Source: Botryllus schlosseri
Lineage: Eukaryota
Length of the DNA stretch: 64,000 nucleotides
Reading direction: 5' to 3'
Assembly (NCBI GenBank): GCA_051294905.1
Contig: CM119377.1
Span: 28,768,001 to 28,832,000, forward strand
The translations under genes and the position numbers were made by a program. The notes beneath the pieces are model-generated. The model saw nothing but the letters and a program-made list of their open reading frames with translations. It was not told the origin of the DNA and ran no database searches. Of the stretch, positions 10,471 through 24,253 are shown piece by piece (the first letter of the stretch is position 1; each line of letters begins with the position of its first letter).

Positions 10471-10742
10471 ACAACAGAACACTGGCGTCACGATTCACGT
10501 CGAACGACGATGCGTTCTTTCTGTAGTTGCTCAGCGACTAATTTACTTTTTTAAAACCGCAACTATAAAACTAAAATAAAACTAGAACTAGAACTTATTC
10601 GAATCTGTAACTTGAACTAGAAATGGCCTACTTAAAAGTAGAAGTTAATTGACCCTCAACTAATTAGACTGGTAGTTTGTACAGCGTATACATCTGGCCT
10701 ACTACAGTTACTCCAGCCAGATTCAGCGGAAGACCCCGGCAA

Positions 10743-11143
10743 TCATACGGCGGGCGCATTCGCCATTCGTCTGGCAAAAACATCGACTGCTTCATTACCA
10801 GGGATACCACAATGTGACGGTTTCCACACCAAGACCACAATAATGTGTCTGTCCGTCAGTTGACGAATGGCGTCCATTATGAATGCAATGGTTGCATCCT
10901 TGGCATTCCCTGTATAACTGATGGCCCGGATAGCCCCAATACAGCCAGAAAAGATCGCATATTTCTGATCCGTTCCGCTTCCTAAAATCCATATCAATGC
11001 CTGTGAAATCGTCTCTACCTCTGTATCCCAACTTCCTGCCTTGTCTCAACATTTAAACGCGCATTCTACTCGCGCTTCAGGGATAGAGAATGCGCACCCT
11101 GCCCCCTTTCTCATCTTTGATCCATCAGCGTATACAGCTACAT
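10743..11143 (-). mobile_element. RNase H domain fragment of an I-group non-LTR retrotransposon
   Basis: VYADGSK...TEVETISQAL...IFSGC...VWKPSHCGIPGNEAVDVFAR, with an internal stop. Confidence 0.8.
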
Positions 11144-14100
11144 CAGGAGTGTCAAACATACGGCCCGCGGGCCGCATCCGGCCCGCCAGCTGATTTCATC
11201 CGGCTCGCGCAGCAATGTTGGGTGGATTGAAAAATGCGTGCACATTTCTAACAAACGATGAGATTTTTACTAAGAAATACTTCAAATAAAAAATCCCTCA
11301 AGACAGCAAATGTCGAGTATGTTCATAGGTCACTTTATATAAACATCAGACTGCGGAATTGCGGTTTCTAGTCACCATAAGGAACAAGTCGCTGACATTG
11401 GCACCGGTTTACGAGAACGTAATAAGTTGCATATCAAGATCAGAGTTTTTGACTGATCAAAAACGAGTTATTCATAGAAGTGAAAACGCCAATGCGAAAC
11501 CCTTATATGCAGTTTACATAGAGAATATCAGAGTTACACCGAAATATAAATTGAAATATTTGTGGTCGCACTATTGCTTCACTTCTGATTTATCAGAATC
11601 GCGATATCATAATAATGAAGCTATTTTCGACGTTCGCGTTTACAACAAAAACCTTTTTTGTTCTTTTATTCGCACACACAGTGTAGCGCTTATAGCCTAG
11701 GGTTGCCATACGTCCGGAATTTCCCGGACATGTCCGGAATTTCACTGGAAAATCTGCGTCCGGGAGGAATTTCTAAAATATGCCTAAATGTCCGGAATTT
11801 TAAAGGCTCGAAGTAGGCTGAAAAGTTTTTCGTAAATCACAGAAACAATATTATTTTCAAGCAGATTTATGCTATTCGAAATTCTTCTTCGCGCTGCGCG
11901 CGAGTTAAAGCAACGTATTTTGATATTAGTATGAGCACCAAGCACCACCCTCGCCAAAAATGCATCAAAAATAAATATAAATAACCATCATTTACTGAAA
12001 TAAGTCAAATTATATAAGCAAACGGTATATTCCTGGACTTGGTTAAGGCCGATTGGACGCTTCAGTCACAGACAGTGGTTTCAAATCTTGGGATCGTTTG
12101 CCTTTATCTGGGGATCGTCATGATGATGGACGTAATAAGCTTCCTAGGCCGTGAGTAAGTTTGGGCAAGCTGAAATTTTTAGTAATCAGCTTATTCAAGT
12201 TTTGAGCTGGGCCACGACACATCTGCAAGATGGAAATGAGGTCGCGACCATAAAGGTTGGAAATCACCGGATATGAAACCAGCTTGTGTATTTTATAGTA
12301 GCCTAATATATGGAAGAATCAATATTATTGACAGAGGTCATTCATAAAGTTTAACAGCCAAATGCATAGTAAGAGCCAAAAAGTTACATCGATTACCCTA
12401 TGGGGGGCCCAAGATCAGTGTTTTTGGGGCGGAAGGGGGCAGAGAAAATGTTGTTTCCAATCAGTATAGCAGGGCTGTCAAACACAATCCCGACAGGCCA
12501 GACACGGCCCGCCAGACGATTTCATCCGGTCCGTGGATAAATCTATTGCGGACCCCAGCAAGTAGCAATCCCCATAGCCCAATTCATGACCTATGTTCCT
12601 CTCCATTTCTGTATACAGTCGATTGGCAATGCTTTGCTAGTGTGACGTCATATTAACAGACAATGTGTTATACCTCATTTTTAAATCCACTAGTGGGCGC
12701 TGAAGAGTGTCCGGAATTTGCTTCACAAAAATATGGTAACCCTATTATAGCCTATTCGGTCATTTGCGCCACGACATTAATTTCAGTCCATAAGGCCTTT
12801 GTAATGTTCCGGACGACTTCCATGCTCGCTCTCTTTGATAATAGATCTCACTGGTTTTCTATGCTTCCATAGCTTTAACTTTGTATTCCTTACAACGCAT
12901 ACGCAGCGTCGACGCCATTATACGAATAAAACAAAGACAGTATAGAAATATGCCAACTTATATCATCTTTATATATATATATTTATTTATTTTTCTTGAG
13001 CTACTCTCTCGTTTCGCCAGACAGCAATGCTACATCCTGAGCTACTCTCTCGTTTCGCCAAACAGCATTGTTGCGTCCCAATGCCAATCTCCATAACAAT
13101 GAAAAAATCGAGGCTGATTGTGGGAGTTCCAGGGCCACGAGCAGAATAAAATTTATATTTTCGTAATCAGTGCAGAGTCAGCTTTCGATTGATACCCGTT
13201 TTACCAAATTTAATGCTCGGCAAGCCGGTCAAAAATGACCGTCAAATTGCCTGTAGCCAAATGGAAATTGTGACGTGATACAATTTCACCGAGGCGTGAG
13301 ATTTGCCTGTGTCTGATCACATCATTGCCAATTTCATTGTTTGCGAATAAAGGTGTTGCTAGAATTAAGCTCCCATGATCCGTAATATATTGTAATATAC
13401 TATTGTGTATGATAAGTATTCAAATGAAAGACAGGGACATTGATTTTGAGGAAATATTTTTGAGTCATTTTACTGGTGCGGCCCGCGAGCTATCTGAAGG
13501 TTTGAATCTGGCCCGTGACGTCATCAAAACAAACTGATTTCTTCACCGCCGTAGCCTCTGCCTTACGTATGCGTCCGTGCAAGCTCACATCTACACGAGC
13601 CGGGGCGTAGTGCGTAGATGCAGCCTGCACGTAACGCGGAACCTGTTCTGCTACATTGCAGATGCGAATGCGATCAACTATACCAAAGAATGAGACTGGA
13701 AAACATATAAGAATCTACGACCATCAATAACCGACGATATAGCAAATTTAGGACACGGTGAAGAGATTCTCCCTAGACGGAGAAGCGACGATTGTAGAAT
13801 GAACAAACATTTGCATAGGATTGCGTGTTCCGATATGTCAGGAGCGCAATGTAGAGGAATATGTGGAACACTTCTAGTTACATGCGTGAAATATAGGCAG
13901 CAAAGAAGACAAGTACTTTATGCTGCTCGAGTGAACCGGATTGATTTGGACTTGAAGGATGCATAATGTTGTAGAGTTCGTAGTATCTTCAAGACGATTT
14001 ATATAGTACAGCTAATATCAGCAACTAAATGCGTACGCCTGCGTTAATGACGTGTTTTCATATTGTACATTGTGGGCTTGTTGCTTATATTGAATATGCG

Positions 14101-17100
14101 TGCGTACTGCGTATGAGTGTGCCGCTAAGACTAAGCGATGCTATTTGTATCTGTTCTGATTTAAATTCCTGCTATAGATATGGCGCACAAAACCTGTGCT
14201 GTGATAAGCGCCACTTTCACGATTTTACTATTAATAATGATAATAATATTTATCCGTGTATTGCATAGGAATAACAATTTGAATGTATTACTGAAATTTT
14301 AAAAATTTACTCCAATCTCGCCATTTTCCTTTGGGGGCAGGTTGCTCCCCGGATTATGTGTGTATCTACCAGTTTGACTGTGAATAAAGAGAATCATAAT
14401 AATAATAATAAGATAAGGGTCTCCATTGCTGCCTCTCCTGATCGAACGATCTTGTGCTAATCAAATGTCAGATAATATCAGGTCTCTCGTATCGTTGTTA
14501 TTAGCATTTACTTTCTGCACAAAGTTGTTATAATTACAAAGTTATAGTTGCCAGTCTTTAGTAGTTAATGTGGAAATTCCACGCCATGATTACGTTTTGA
14601 AGATACGTGTAAAGGCTTTTGGAATAGTATATCTTTTCCTATGAGTTTACCATGATATTATTGCTAGATGATCAGTATCAGTTATAATTAGCATAACTGT
14701 TCCAAGTATATTAACATGCGTTCAAATCGACTTTACAACTGAAACGGCGCCATTTTACTTTTATCTTTTTTGATATGTTCAAATCTCAAAGTTGATTCGT
14801 CGTGTCTGATGTCGGGTGGCATATGGTCAAGAAAAACTGCACTAAAGCATTTGATAAATTGATCGTACCATGTATAATTGAATCATCGCTTATTCATATC
14901 ATGGATACTTGGTACGCTACACCTGCAGGTCAATCGCATAGTCAGTGCAGATTCAAGGGCTGTATATGAAACACAAGTCAGTCTAAACGCACATTTAAAA
15001 CAGTGCCCTACTTAAAAACAAATTGTTATAGTACTTTCCATGATTTCCTACATACGACAAAAGCATCTGAGTACACGGCATGGAATTCCCGAATGTGTGT
15101 CTTGTGTTCTATAAATATTTTATCGCGATAAAAGCAGTGAGAGGAATCCACAGCACCTGCTTTACTATCTCACATTTCGTCAATGGTGTCCACTGTCCAT
15201 AGATAGGACATCCTACGCCATTGATGTATGTACTTTATTATAAAGTTTATACATACACATAATAGTATATTACATTCATAGTGGTTCTATTCTAGCATTG
15301 TATTTATTCGCAAACAATGGAATTGACAAAATGCGATGATTAGCCGATCGACTGTAGTTAAGAACCGCTTAAAACAGTGGTGCTAACGATGATATAAGTC
15401 GGCAAACTTCTATGCTCCCTTTTCATTCGTAATCTGGCATTGATCTCGCGTATGCGTTGAAGGAATATAATTGATGAAACTGTAAACACGAACGTTGGAA
15501 TTTGGTTTATTATTATTAAATCGCAATTCGAGTTACTCTGAGGCCGGGCACCTTTTGAGTCAGAAATAATACAGCAGTGCGACCAAAGATATTTGAATCA
15601 TAATTTTGTGTAACTAATATATTTTCCATGTAACCCGCATACATGGGTTCGTAGTTGGCGCTTTCGTTTCAGTGAATACCTGGTTTTGGCTCATTTTCCC
15701 ATAAAACTATGAACTGAGTGCGCACTTTTTGGCTTTCTCGAGATTGGTTGTCAATGTCACAGCTGAAAAACCGCAATGTTTCAGCTAGGGGGTCATAATG
15801 TGACTTATAAACAAGCTTGACATTTGCCGTCTTGAAGGATTATTTAATCGAAGTATGTCCTACAAAAATCTCAACATTTGTTACAAATGTGCTGGATAAT
15901 ACAAGTACTTTTCAATCTAGTCATAATTGCTTCGCGGGCTGGATGAAAGGATTTGCTGGGCCGGATGCCGCCTGAGGGCCTATGCTTGACACCGCTGTCT
16001 CCGGTTGGAAAGGCATATATAGAGACATATAGACAGTACTTTCGTGTCGACAAGGTGACATTGATTCATCCAGTCCGGGTTAAAGTTTAACGGGAACAAC
16101 TGGTAGGCTAGATCGAATGACTTTCATCCTGAAATTTGGACAACTTTGGATTAAGCGCCAAACGAAACGGTTTACGACATCAGTAATTTTTCGACAGCTC
16201 TGCGTGCGAGTCGCTTGCGGTAAAATGCACTGTTTTAGACCATCAGTTCCAAACAAAAGCAGGTCGCAATGCCAGCGAAAAGGACAGCCCTCGAATCCTC
16301 GAAATGGTACGTGGTTGGAAAAAGGTTGGGAACCACTGCCACCTGATTTTTTCGCCACGCTATTGTATCGCTCAAGGGTATACGGTTTTATTGGTGGACG
16401 CTTCACAAGCCCAATAAATTTGGTAGAGAGGTATACGATAGTGGAAATACGCGGGAGGCTAGCCGGTATCGATTATGGTAACTGCTCGCCTTTCATTGTG
16501 AGTGTCAAAATCGAGCTTTTGTCTTGCCGATAGTAAACAGAGTTTCGCTTCTCAATGAGGGCCCAGAAAGCGACTGCATCAACGGTGTTGTATTCTAGTA
16601 TATTTGCGATAATCTCGTTCTTCTTGGATGAGGAAACGCATATGTTACAATTAAGAAGAAATACATCATCATCTAACCTGTCACCTGTCGTTGAGTTCGT
16701 ACTAGTCAGTAATAGAATGATTTATTTAATTTATATACTACATATTGTGATACTCAATTCTGGCCGTGACCTGCCAGACCGATAAGATTATAAGCGTCAC
16801 ATTGTTTCATTTTACACAATTATTAATAATATTAATAATAATAACACATATTTTGAGCCAATATATGAGTGTATTCAACGGCTTTGAAGGGCACTGATTC
16901 CAAACATGACCTTCGTATTTCTTAGTAGTTCTGGCCATAACCCATGGGGTTATCCATTGGCGTTTCTGCCGAAGAAGTCCTATTTGAGCAGATCAGTCTT
17001 ATTATATATTTATGAAAATCAATGTAATAGTTATTTGTAAACAGCGAAGACAGTTTTATATCGTAATACGAAAATGTCATAATTTAGGATTATGCGCTAG

Positions 17101-17761
17101 CAGCTAAGTCGTATGCTAAATTTCGGAAACTCAATTAAATCAATATTTGTAAATAATCGAGAATAGTGGTTCTTGAAATTTTTTCCTCCAGCGCTCCTTT
17201 ACATAACTTACGTAGGTCTGGCGACCCACCATATTTTAAGGACTGTAGTATAAAAAAAACAATGGGTAAGAGGTCGAAGACCGGTCTGTCTTTTCTGGTT
17301 GGGTCTTTACTGGAAATATCGCGCGCTTGAATCGCGGGCTCGGACCACTCGACTAATTAACGATGTAGTAATTTCATGGGCTATGTTGGGGATCGAATCA
17401 AGATTGTTGTAACAACCATCAGATACGGGCTCCTACCATCTGGATCGAGCCCGAAATGCACAGCCTAAATTCGCCTGTGCAATTTCCAATACGGGGATGC
17501 TAATTGTATTGGGTTCCATTTTATTGCTTTGTGTGACGAGTAAATCAACTGAGCATGTGGTAGAAATATTTGCTCGCTCGCATTAAATTTCGTACTGCAT
17601 CCCGTGATTACCTTTAACATAAATGCATTCCAAACAAAGCGAACCATATTATATAACGTTCCTGTGAGGATGTGGCTCACAGCACTAAACAGTTTCATAC
17701 TTTATGATACAATGAAGAAATATCATGACTATTTAATTTTGTAGCTCTCAAATATACATAT

Positions 17762-17990
17762 GAAGAGCTTCTTGGAGGTACAGAACTACAATATACAATT
17801 GAATAGTATAATAATATTGTAATGGACCCAAATATTTTCGGCAGACACTTTTCAGGGGTAATCGTGAGCAACTATAGTAGAGAATTGGAAAGAACATTGT
17901 ACATCAAAAATCATCGTATCTCAAGATATGACGTCACCAGCATGAAATTATAAGAGAGCGTTCTGAGTACTGTTTGTAGACGGAGTACGC
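17762..17990 (-). mobile_element. Another copy of the same Penelope-like pLTR with a degenerate hammerhead (17825-17870)
   Basis: Collinear with 2478-2682. TTACCC-CTGAAAA-GTGTCTGCC-GAAA-ATATT-T-GGGT keeps stem I (ACCC/GGGT). Confidence 0.55.
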
Positions 17991-18361
17991 GTTTGAAAAG
18001 TTGCTCCTGTTCCGATGTATTTCATAAGATGCTATGCTTTTACTACTGGCCGAATTCGAAAAAGTTTATGGAAATCGTTCAAAAAATTAAGAATTGTTGC
18101 CTCGTTGGCGCCACCTTTTTTTAACTAAGCATGTTCAAATTGTCTATACATAACGCGCTAAGATTGGGTATGCGAGATACGCCGTGCATATTCCGTAATA
18201 GCTGTATTGTGGGAGGTGGGTATTCGCTATACCAGGAATTTCGTCAACGGCACAACACCGATGGCCAATTGTGCGGTTCGAAAGATGTTATCCCAATGAA
18301 TTTCACAAAATAGGACTAGTGCTTATGTGAGCTGAGCAAATTTAGTATAATGAGTAATTAG

Positions 18362-18900
18362 TAGGGCAAGTTTTTGCAACTTTTTTCACAGCTTCTGGAA
18401 GCTTCGTAAATACTCATAATGTATGTAGTATGGTGTTTTAATCTGTTTGGAGAAGTTTTATGTTGCAACTTTCGTCTATATTTTTCATGCAACTTCTTTC
18501 TGCAACTTTTATCAAGTATTGCGCAAAATATGCTATAAAACTATAATAAAGACTAAATTATGAATTTCAAGTGACAATGCGGCCCACCACAGGCGCCGGA
18601 CGCAGGTATACTGGGTATGCCGTGTTTACCTAGCAATTTTTTCGGGTATGCGGCATACCCACTATTCCGTTAGTCATGAAACTCCCTGAACTAACTGGTA
18701 AATTGTGCGATTCGGAAATAAGCAAAGTATTTTGTTGACGTGCTACTGCTTACGTGAGCAAATTATCAACATACATTTCGAGTATCTCATACCCTCATGA
18801 TTTCAAAAAAATGTCTAAATGCAACTTCTGCAACTTTTGTTAAAATTAAAAAAATAAATGCAGCTTTCTCAGGTTTTTAGTGAAACAAAAACTTGCCCTA
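18362..18900. mobile_element. hAT MITE (TAGGG termini) with TGCAACTT subterminal repeats
   Basis: TIR TAGGGCAAGTTTTTG/CAAAAACTTGCCCTA; TSD GTAATTAG/GTAATTTG. Confidence 0.8.
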
Positions 18901-19899
18901 GTAATTTGACGTCGATTTGGAAGCGCGAACGCACCGAAACGCCGTGTACTCTCCTAATTAGTCGAGCAAACGCCCGTTCTTTGGTGAGAGTTTTCTAATC
19001 GTACTGCAAAATTTAACAGCCTGTTATTGTGTATGCCTGTGAATTGGAATTCAATCCAGCACATGATCGCGTAGTGCTGTAAGAATCTGCGAACGTAATT
19101 AGAGAAACGAATGCAAGCAGCCCTGAACAATTTTCGCGATATGAGCTAGTGAATTTGATGTATGTACCCCACGGTGTCGGATATAAGGATGGAATTAGTG
19201 ATTGGATGAGCGCTTTCCATTATGTAATCGTCTATTTTGTGCATTTATTCTTGTCTGCTTGAAACAGCGTATTCGTGAATTGTCACGAAATGTCTCTTGT
19301 GAGACTGTAGTAAGTGAGTTCTGATGCGACTATGCGTTTCCGACAGTAGACACAGAGTAATTATGACGTCACGGGAATTTGCATACCCACACAAAATTCC
19401 GGTTCGGCGCGAAAGCCCCTGTGTGTTCATAGCTGCACCGGTCGTTTTTGATTTCTGACTGAATCATTCGATATAAATTACCGAGCCGGAGCCGGGAGAA
19501 GCGGTATCAATGAGCTCCGGTTGCTGGAGACGGAGCTAATTCACGATATAGAAGAGAGCTGGAGCAGTTTATAATTGACGCCAGCTCCAAGACCCTGCTT
19601 CGAACGGAGTTCATTTCTCGCCATGATCAGAGAGTAAATGTGGATTTGAAAACTGAATTGTAATTTTCCATGCAAAGAATTGCGCAATCCATAATTTCAA
19701 GGCGTGCGTTATCGAGTACGACTGATTTTCGATTGATATTGTTTGCCAGCGTGACAGAAACTTTAGAAAGTGTACAAACTTCGTATTGAACTGGACGTAC
19801 TAAGTTTTTGTACGATGTAGACCCCTGGATAACTAGAAGTTGTCGTGTTTGCCATATTGTTAAAATATTATATTGGACTGATAAATATGCATTGGGCAT

Positions 19900-20371
19900 T
19901 AGGGCTGTTCAAAAATAACTTTTTTTCCCGGATTCCAGTCATTCACTGATTAAATCGTCAGGTTACCCTAAAAAACGCTGCACACCAAATTTGGTTCGAT
20001 TTTAACTAGTAGAAGCGAAGTTATGTGAGTTTTTCGTTGATAAATCGCGGATTATCCACTGATCAAGGATAATCCGAGGATTCTCATCGAAAAACTCACA
20101 TAACTCCGCTTCTACTGGTCGGAATTGACTCAAATTTGTTTTGCAACGTCTTTGAAGACAGCTCAACAATTTCATGGGGTTGGCAGAAAAATTTGGAAAA
20201 TTTGTTTTTTCAATTTTCCATAATAAATTAAAAATTTTAATTGGATCTGCGGAGTCCTATACTTGTTAGAATCGAACCAAATTTGGTGTGCAGCGTTTTT
20301 TAGGGTAACCTGACAATTTAATCAGTGAATGGCTGGAATCCGGGAAAAAAAGTTATTTTTGAATAGCCCTA
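19900..20371. mobile_element. Fold-back MITE with long TIRs and an internal hairpin
   Basis: TIRs of about 115 bp starting TAGGGCTGTTCAAAAATAAC; exact TSD TTGGGCAT. Same family at 53530-54160, and a half copy at about 51200-51520. Confidence 0.9.
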
Positions 20372-20951
20372 TTGGGCATTATGAGCAATTTCACTAGTCA
20401 ACACACATTTGGATGCCAAGTAAATTTCAACAATTTTAGGGTATTTTATGTCGCTGAATCCCAAAATGACATTAGTTTTTCCGAATTGGCTCTAGTGTTT
20501 GAGATATTCCATATTTTCGCTTCGAAAAGTACAACATTACCGTGACAGAAATACGCAAATTTTGACATTGGTAAAATTCTCTCTATATACTACAACTTCG
20601 ACGAGTCTACACCTATTCTCGTGAAATCTCTAGTAGGCCACCCTTCTTCACCCTGTGAGGATTGCGCGCTCAGCTACGCCATGGGTATTATGAATAGTCG
20701 CTTTGTTGGCGAAGCAACAATTCTATATTTTCAAGTATACACAGAATACCAATTGGGGAGAGTCATAATCCAGTTTCTGTAACACCGTTTTAATACAGTT
20801 GTACTCTTCTTTTAGTTGAGTTGAGTGGCCAATTGTGGCCAATTAGCATTTTTAAATGTCGAATCAAACTTGTAGGGTTTGCGCTCCGATGCGATTTTTT
20901 TAAGATATTGAATTCATGCTGCAAATAAAGATTGACGATTGAAGCAAGAAG

Positions 20952-21079
20952 ATGGGTGGAATATATCAATATGTCATGAAACTCACGTTTCTCGTGTTGC
21001 TTACAATGATCGCAACGCTTATGCTCGGCAAGCAGTTACAACGCGAAGTACATTCAACTCACGCCAATTACTCGTCACT
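20952..21079 (+). pseudogene. GT31 gene B exon 1 (signal anchor)
   Basis: MGGIYQYVMKLTFLVLLTMIATLMLGKQLQREVHSTHANYSS(L)|GTAAGT; homologous to 54-178. Confidence 0.8.
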
Positions 21080-22030
21080 GTAAGTTGGAAGACACAACTC
21101 AACAGCGACAAATATTGGAAAACGTTATGTAAAGAGTTATGATCATAATTTCTAGGGCAGTGGTTACGAACGGGTGTTCCACAGAACACTATGACTTCTC
21201 TGGGTAAAGGAGTTCCGTGGGCGACAATACAGACACTCAATTTATGATTTGTGATGATACGCCCGTATTGGCCCTCATTGGTTGCATGTAATGAGGCCTG
21301 ATTAGCGGTCGAATGGGGACTGTTGTGGTGGTAAGGCGTGTGCGATGGGGTTCCCTCCCTATGAAATGTCAATTCTATTTCCAATATTTACAAGCTCATA
21401 TGTAATTAACCATAATTGAGTGATATAGAATGGCTCGCATCCATATTATGGTAATTTTCCTCAGAGTTAACTGTTTCTGGCACTAACTTCCAAGTATCAG
21501 GACCGATAGACGTAATAGCAATAATGCGGATACTTTACTGTTCTTCGGAATTACAATGCAATGTCTGTCTTGGCCGTCCTAGTCTCGAGTCACACGACTT
21601 GGCTCGAGTCACGCACAATGACTCGAGTCAAGTCGAATTACCAAATATCACGACTACAGTCATTACAACCCTGGTAATGTATTGAAGGTCTAATCTATTT
21701 GAATATGGACGTTTTTGTTTTATGAGTTTCACCAAAGGCTTGCGGGTTATCGTAAAGGTTTCGCGGACTGATAACACTCAAGAACCACCGATCCTAGGAC
21801 CTTAGCGTGGTCAGTATGCTTGCTGTGACCATTTAACGTATAGATCAGTGGTTCTCAACCTGGGGGGCGCGAGAAATTGACAAAGTCTGTATGAATTCTG
21901 ACTAAACATGTGTTTCTCAACCATTCTGAGAAGACGATTGTTGAAGATGAAACTTATTTCGTATTTAAGAAAGCTCGCCGCATTCAAACTACAGCAGACG
22001 CGATTAACGGAGTATATGCTGATTTGAACT

Positions 22031-22620
22031 GAGAGAGAGAGAGATTTATTGATTTGTCCAATCGTAAAGAAAACAACATTGGCACATGAAACAACAATAA
22101 ATTAACTTAACGGTATAGGACAGGGTGTGACCGATATGACTCTGGGTAGGGTCAACTGGTCTGATCACACCCTGCATTAACAAATACAGATATTGTGTCA
22201 TAAATTTGGATGCAATTGGTTGAGATTAACCAATTCAATTCAGCTCAGCATAATAATAAAATGCTAACAATAGACATATTTGGTGTGAGACAAGCGGATC
22301 AGTAATAATGGGAGACAAGGTGACTGAATAATTCCTTTTTAAAGGAGTGGTATGGGAGGTCCCGTATTGATGAGGGTATAGAATTCCATATGACAGGACC
22401 GGCATAGTCGATCGATTTCTTTGTGAGGTTACTGGTGGGTCGTTGAAAATAGATGTTGCCCTGGGAGGAAAATCTGGTATTGTGTGAGTGAACAGTTTGA
22501 GCAAGGACGAAGAAATCATTAAACATAGGAGGCAATTCATTTGAAAAATATGGATGCATTAATTTACTTACTTCAAATATAAGAATTTGAGCAAATTAGT
22601 GATATTCTTTGAAGATTTAG
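22031..22620 (-). mobile_element. 3' end of an L2/CR1-group LINE in gene B intron 1
   Basis: ORF2 C-terminus ...HSHNTRFS...SIDYAGPVIWNSIPSSIRDLPYHSFKKELFSHL; 3'UTR hairpin 22121-22174; AATAAA plus (TC)n tail. Confidence 0.8.
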
Positions 22621-24253
22621 TGCAATTCTCACGTTAAAGTCATTCATTACTTCATAGCTTTGGCAGTAGCCTAAAGCTCGGTGCGCTGGGTAGCGGTTGT
22701 TAATAGCTGGCGAACTGCACTGCCGAAGACAGACTTAGATGCAATGTAGGTTGCCCGGTTTCGCCCTCAATCAGGCTACCCTAAATCCACCCAATTCCAA
22801 AACTGATCAAATTTAGCATGGCAGGACAGAACGACGCCGTGCTCTCTGTAGTCACTACCAGCATTAGGATTAGTCTCAGTGCAAACTATAGGGTACCATG
22901 TAATTGATGTCCTGTTCAATGTTCTTTGCTATTTTCAAACAAGATTAGGGAAATTTGTCAGAAATGGTAAAGACTCAACAACTGCAATGCAGATTCAAAC
23001 TTGGCGTAAGATATACCATATCTATACTATTAGATCAAGGACAGGCAACCTGCGCCCGTAGAAGGGAATTCGTACGGTCGTCCAACACCTAATGCAATTA
23101 GTATGTTGGCGGCCGTCGACATGCAAATTGAAATAACGAATTCACTCCCGAATGTTTGAGAGATTTTAATTAATCTTGAAATTTTCTTCGTGTTCCGCGC
23201 AATTCAACATTACCTCATTTTTCGATTAGAATATAGTATCACCCTTCTCAATCTGGGCCGGAATCAGAATCGTGTGCTCCGCACGAAAGAAATTTGTTTA
23301 TGGTACATTTGGGCGATTTCAATATATTTCCACTATTTCCACTACCGATACAATCGACAATCCGGATGGGGTGTCAAGAAACAGCAGCATGCAACGAAGT
23401 GACTAATAACAGTTGGCCCACCCGAAGATGCATTATCATTTATAACTTGACCTAAATTTTCGAAAGCACCCCATCATAAACTCTACCGGTGAATCTGATC
23501 AAATGGGCTGAGAAAGGATAAATATTTGATCGTAATATGTGGTAGGCCCTATTGCTACTATTAATTACGGAATTCACCGCGCGACAATATCCAACCCCAG
23601 CAACTCTTCATAACATTGCCACTCGCGATTTCGGTGCATACAATGGGCCGTTGTGAAAATTAGAATAGTCCGGAGTTCACTGGGAATGGATATGGACAGA
23701 TAGGTATTTTGCGTTCAGTTACTTCATTACCGGCTATGCCTTGGAATGCGGCCTTATGCTACATAAGTAGTCGAAATGCGCCCGTGATTAGCAAAAAGGT
23801 TGCCTACTTCTGTATCAGATAATGATCTCTTTTTGACATGACGATAAGTGCAGGAGGGGGGGGGGGTCAGGAGCCGCAATTTTTTTCGACCATCGCCAAG
23901 GGGTGCGCATGTCCAAAAAGGTTGAGAACCGCTGCTATAGATGATAAGCAAACCATCCTACAAAAGCTTATCTTACTCAGGGGTGGTCACCACCTAACTA
24001 CTGCTACATTTTCCAAGTACTCAAGCAAGTTTCGCTTTCTTCTATTATTTATTGGTTATGTTTTGTGATTTCTTCCACATAGACCCTAACAGTTTTAGGC
24101 AAATCTATACTCAGTCTGTAATTTTTAAAGTTAAAAGTATTTTGTGGCATGCGTGAATCGCTATTATAAGTCAAATTGTCATGACTACTGAGCAAAAGAT
24201 CCCCCTTAACCTAATATATTTTCGGAAAATTGCAATATTTGTAGTGTCATTGG

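Noticed and set aside
13640-14000. Helitron N-terminal relic
   Set aside because: Only a vague AARVNRIDLD..CC resemblance with many stops; no Rep/helicase motif, CTRR end or hairpin found.
16117-16533. 138-aa ORF on + and 108-aa ORF on -
   Set aside because: They run through a hAT terminal sequence (GGTTGGGAACCACTG), with no domain motif or splice context.
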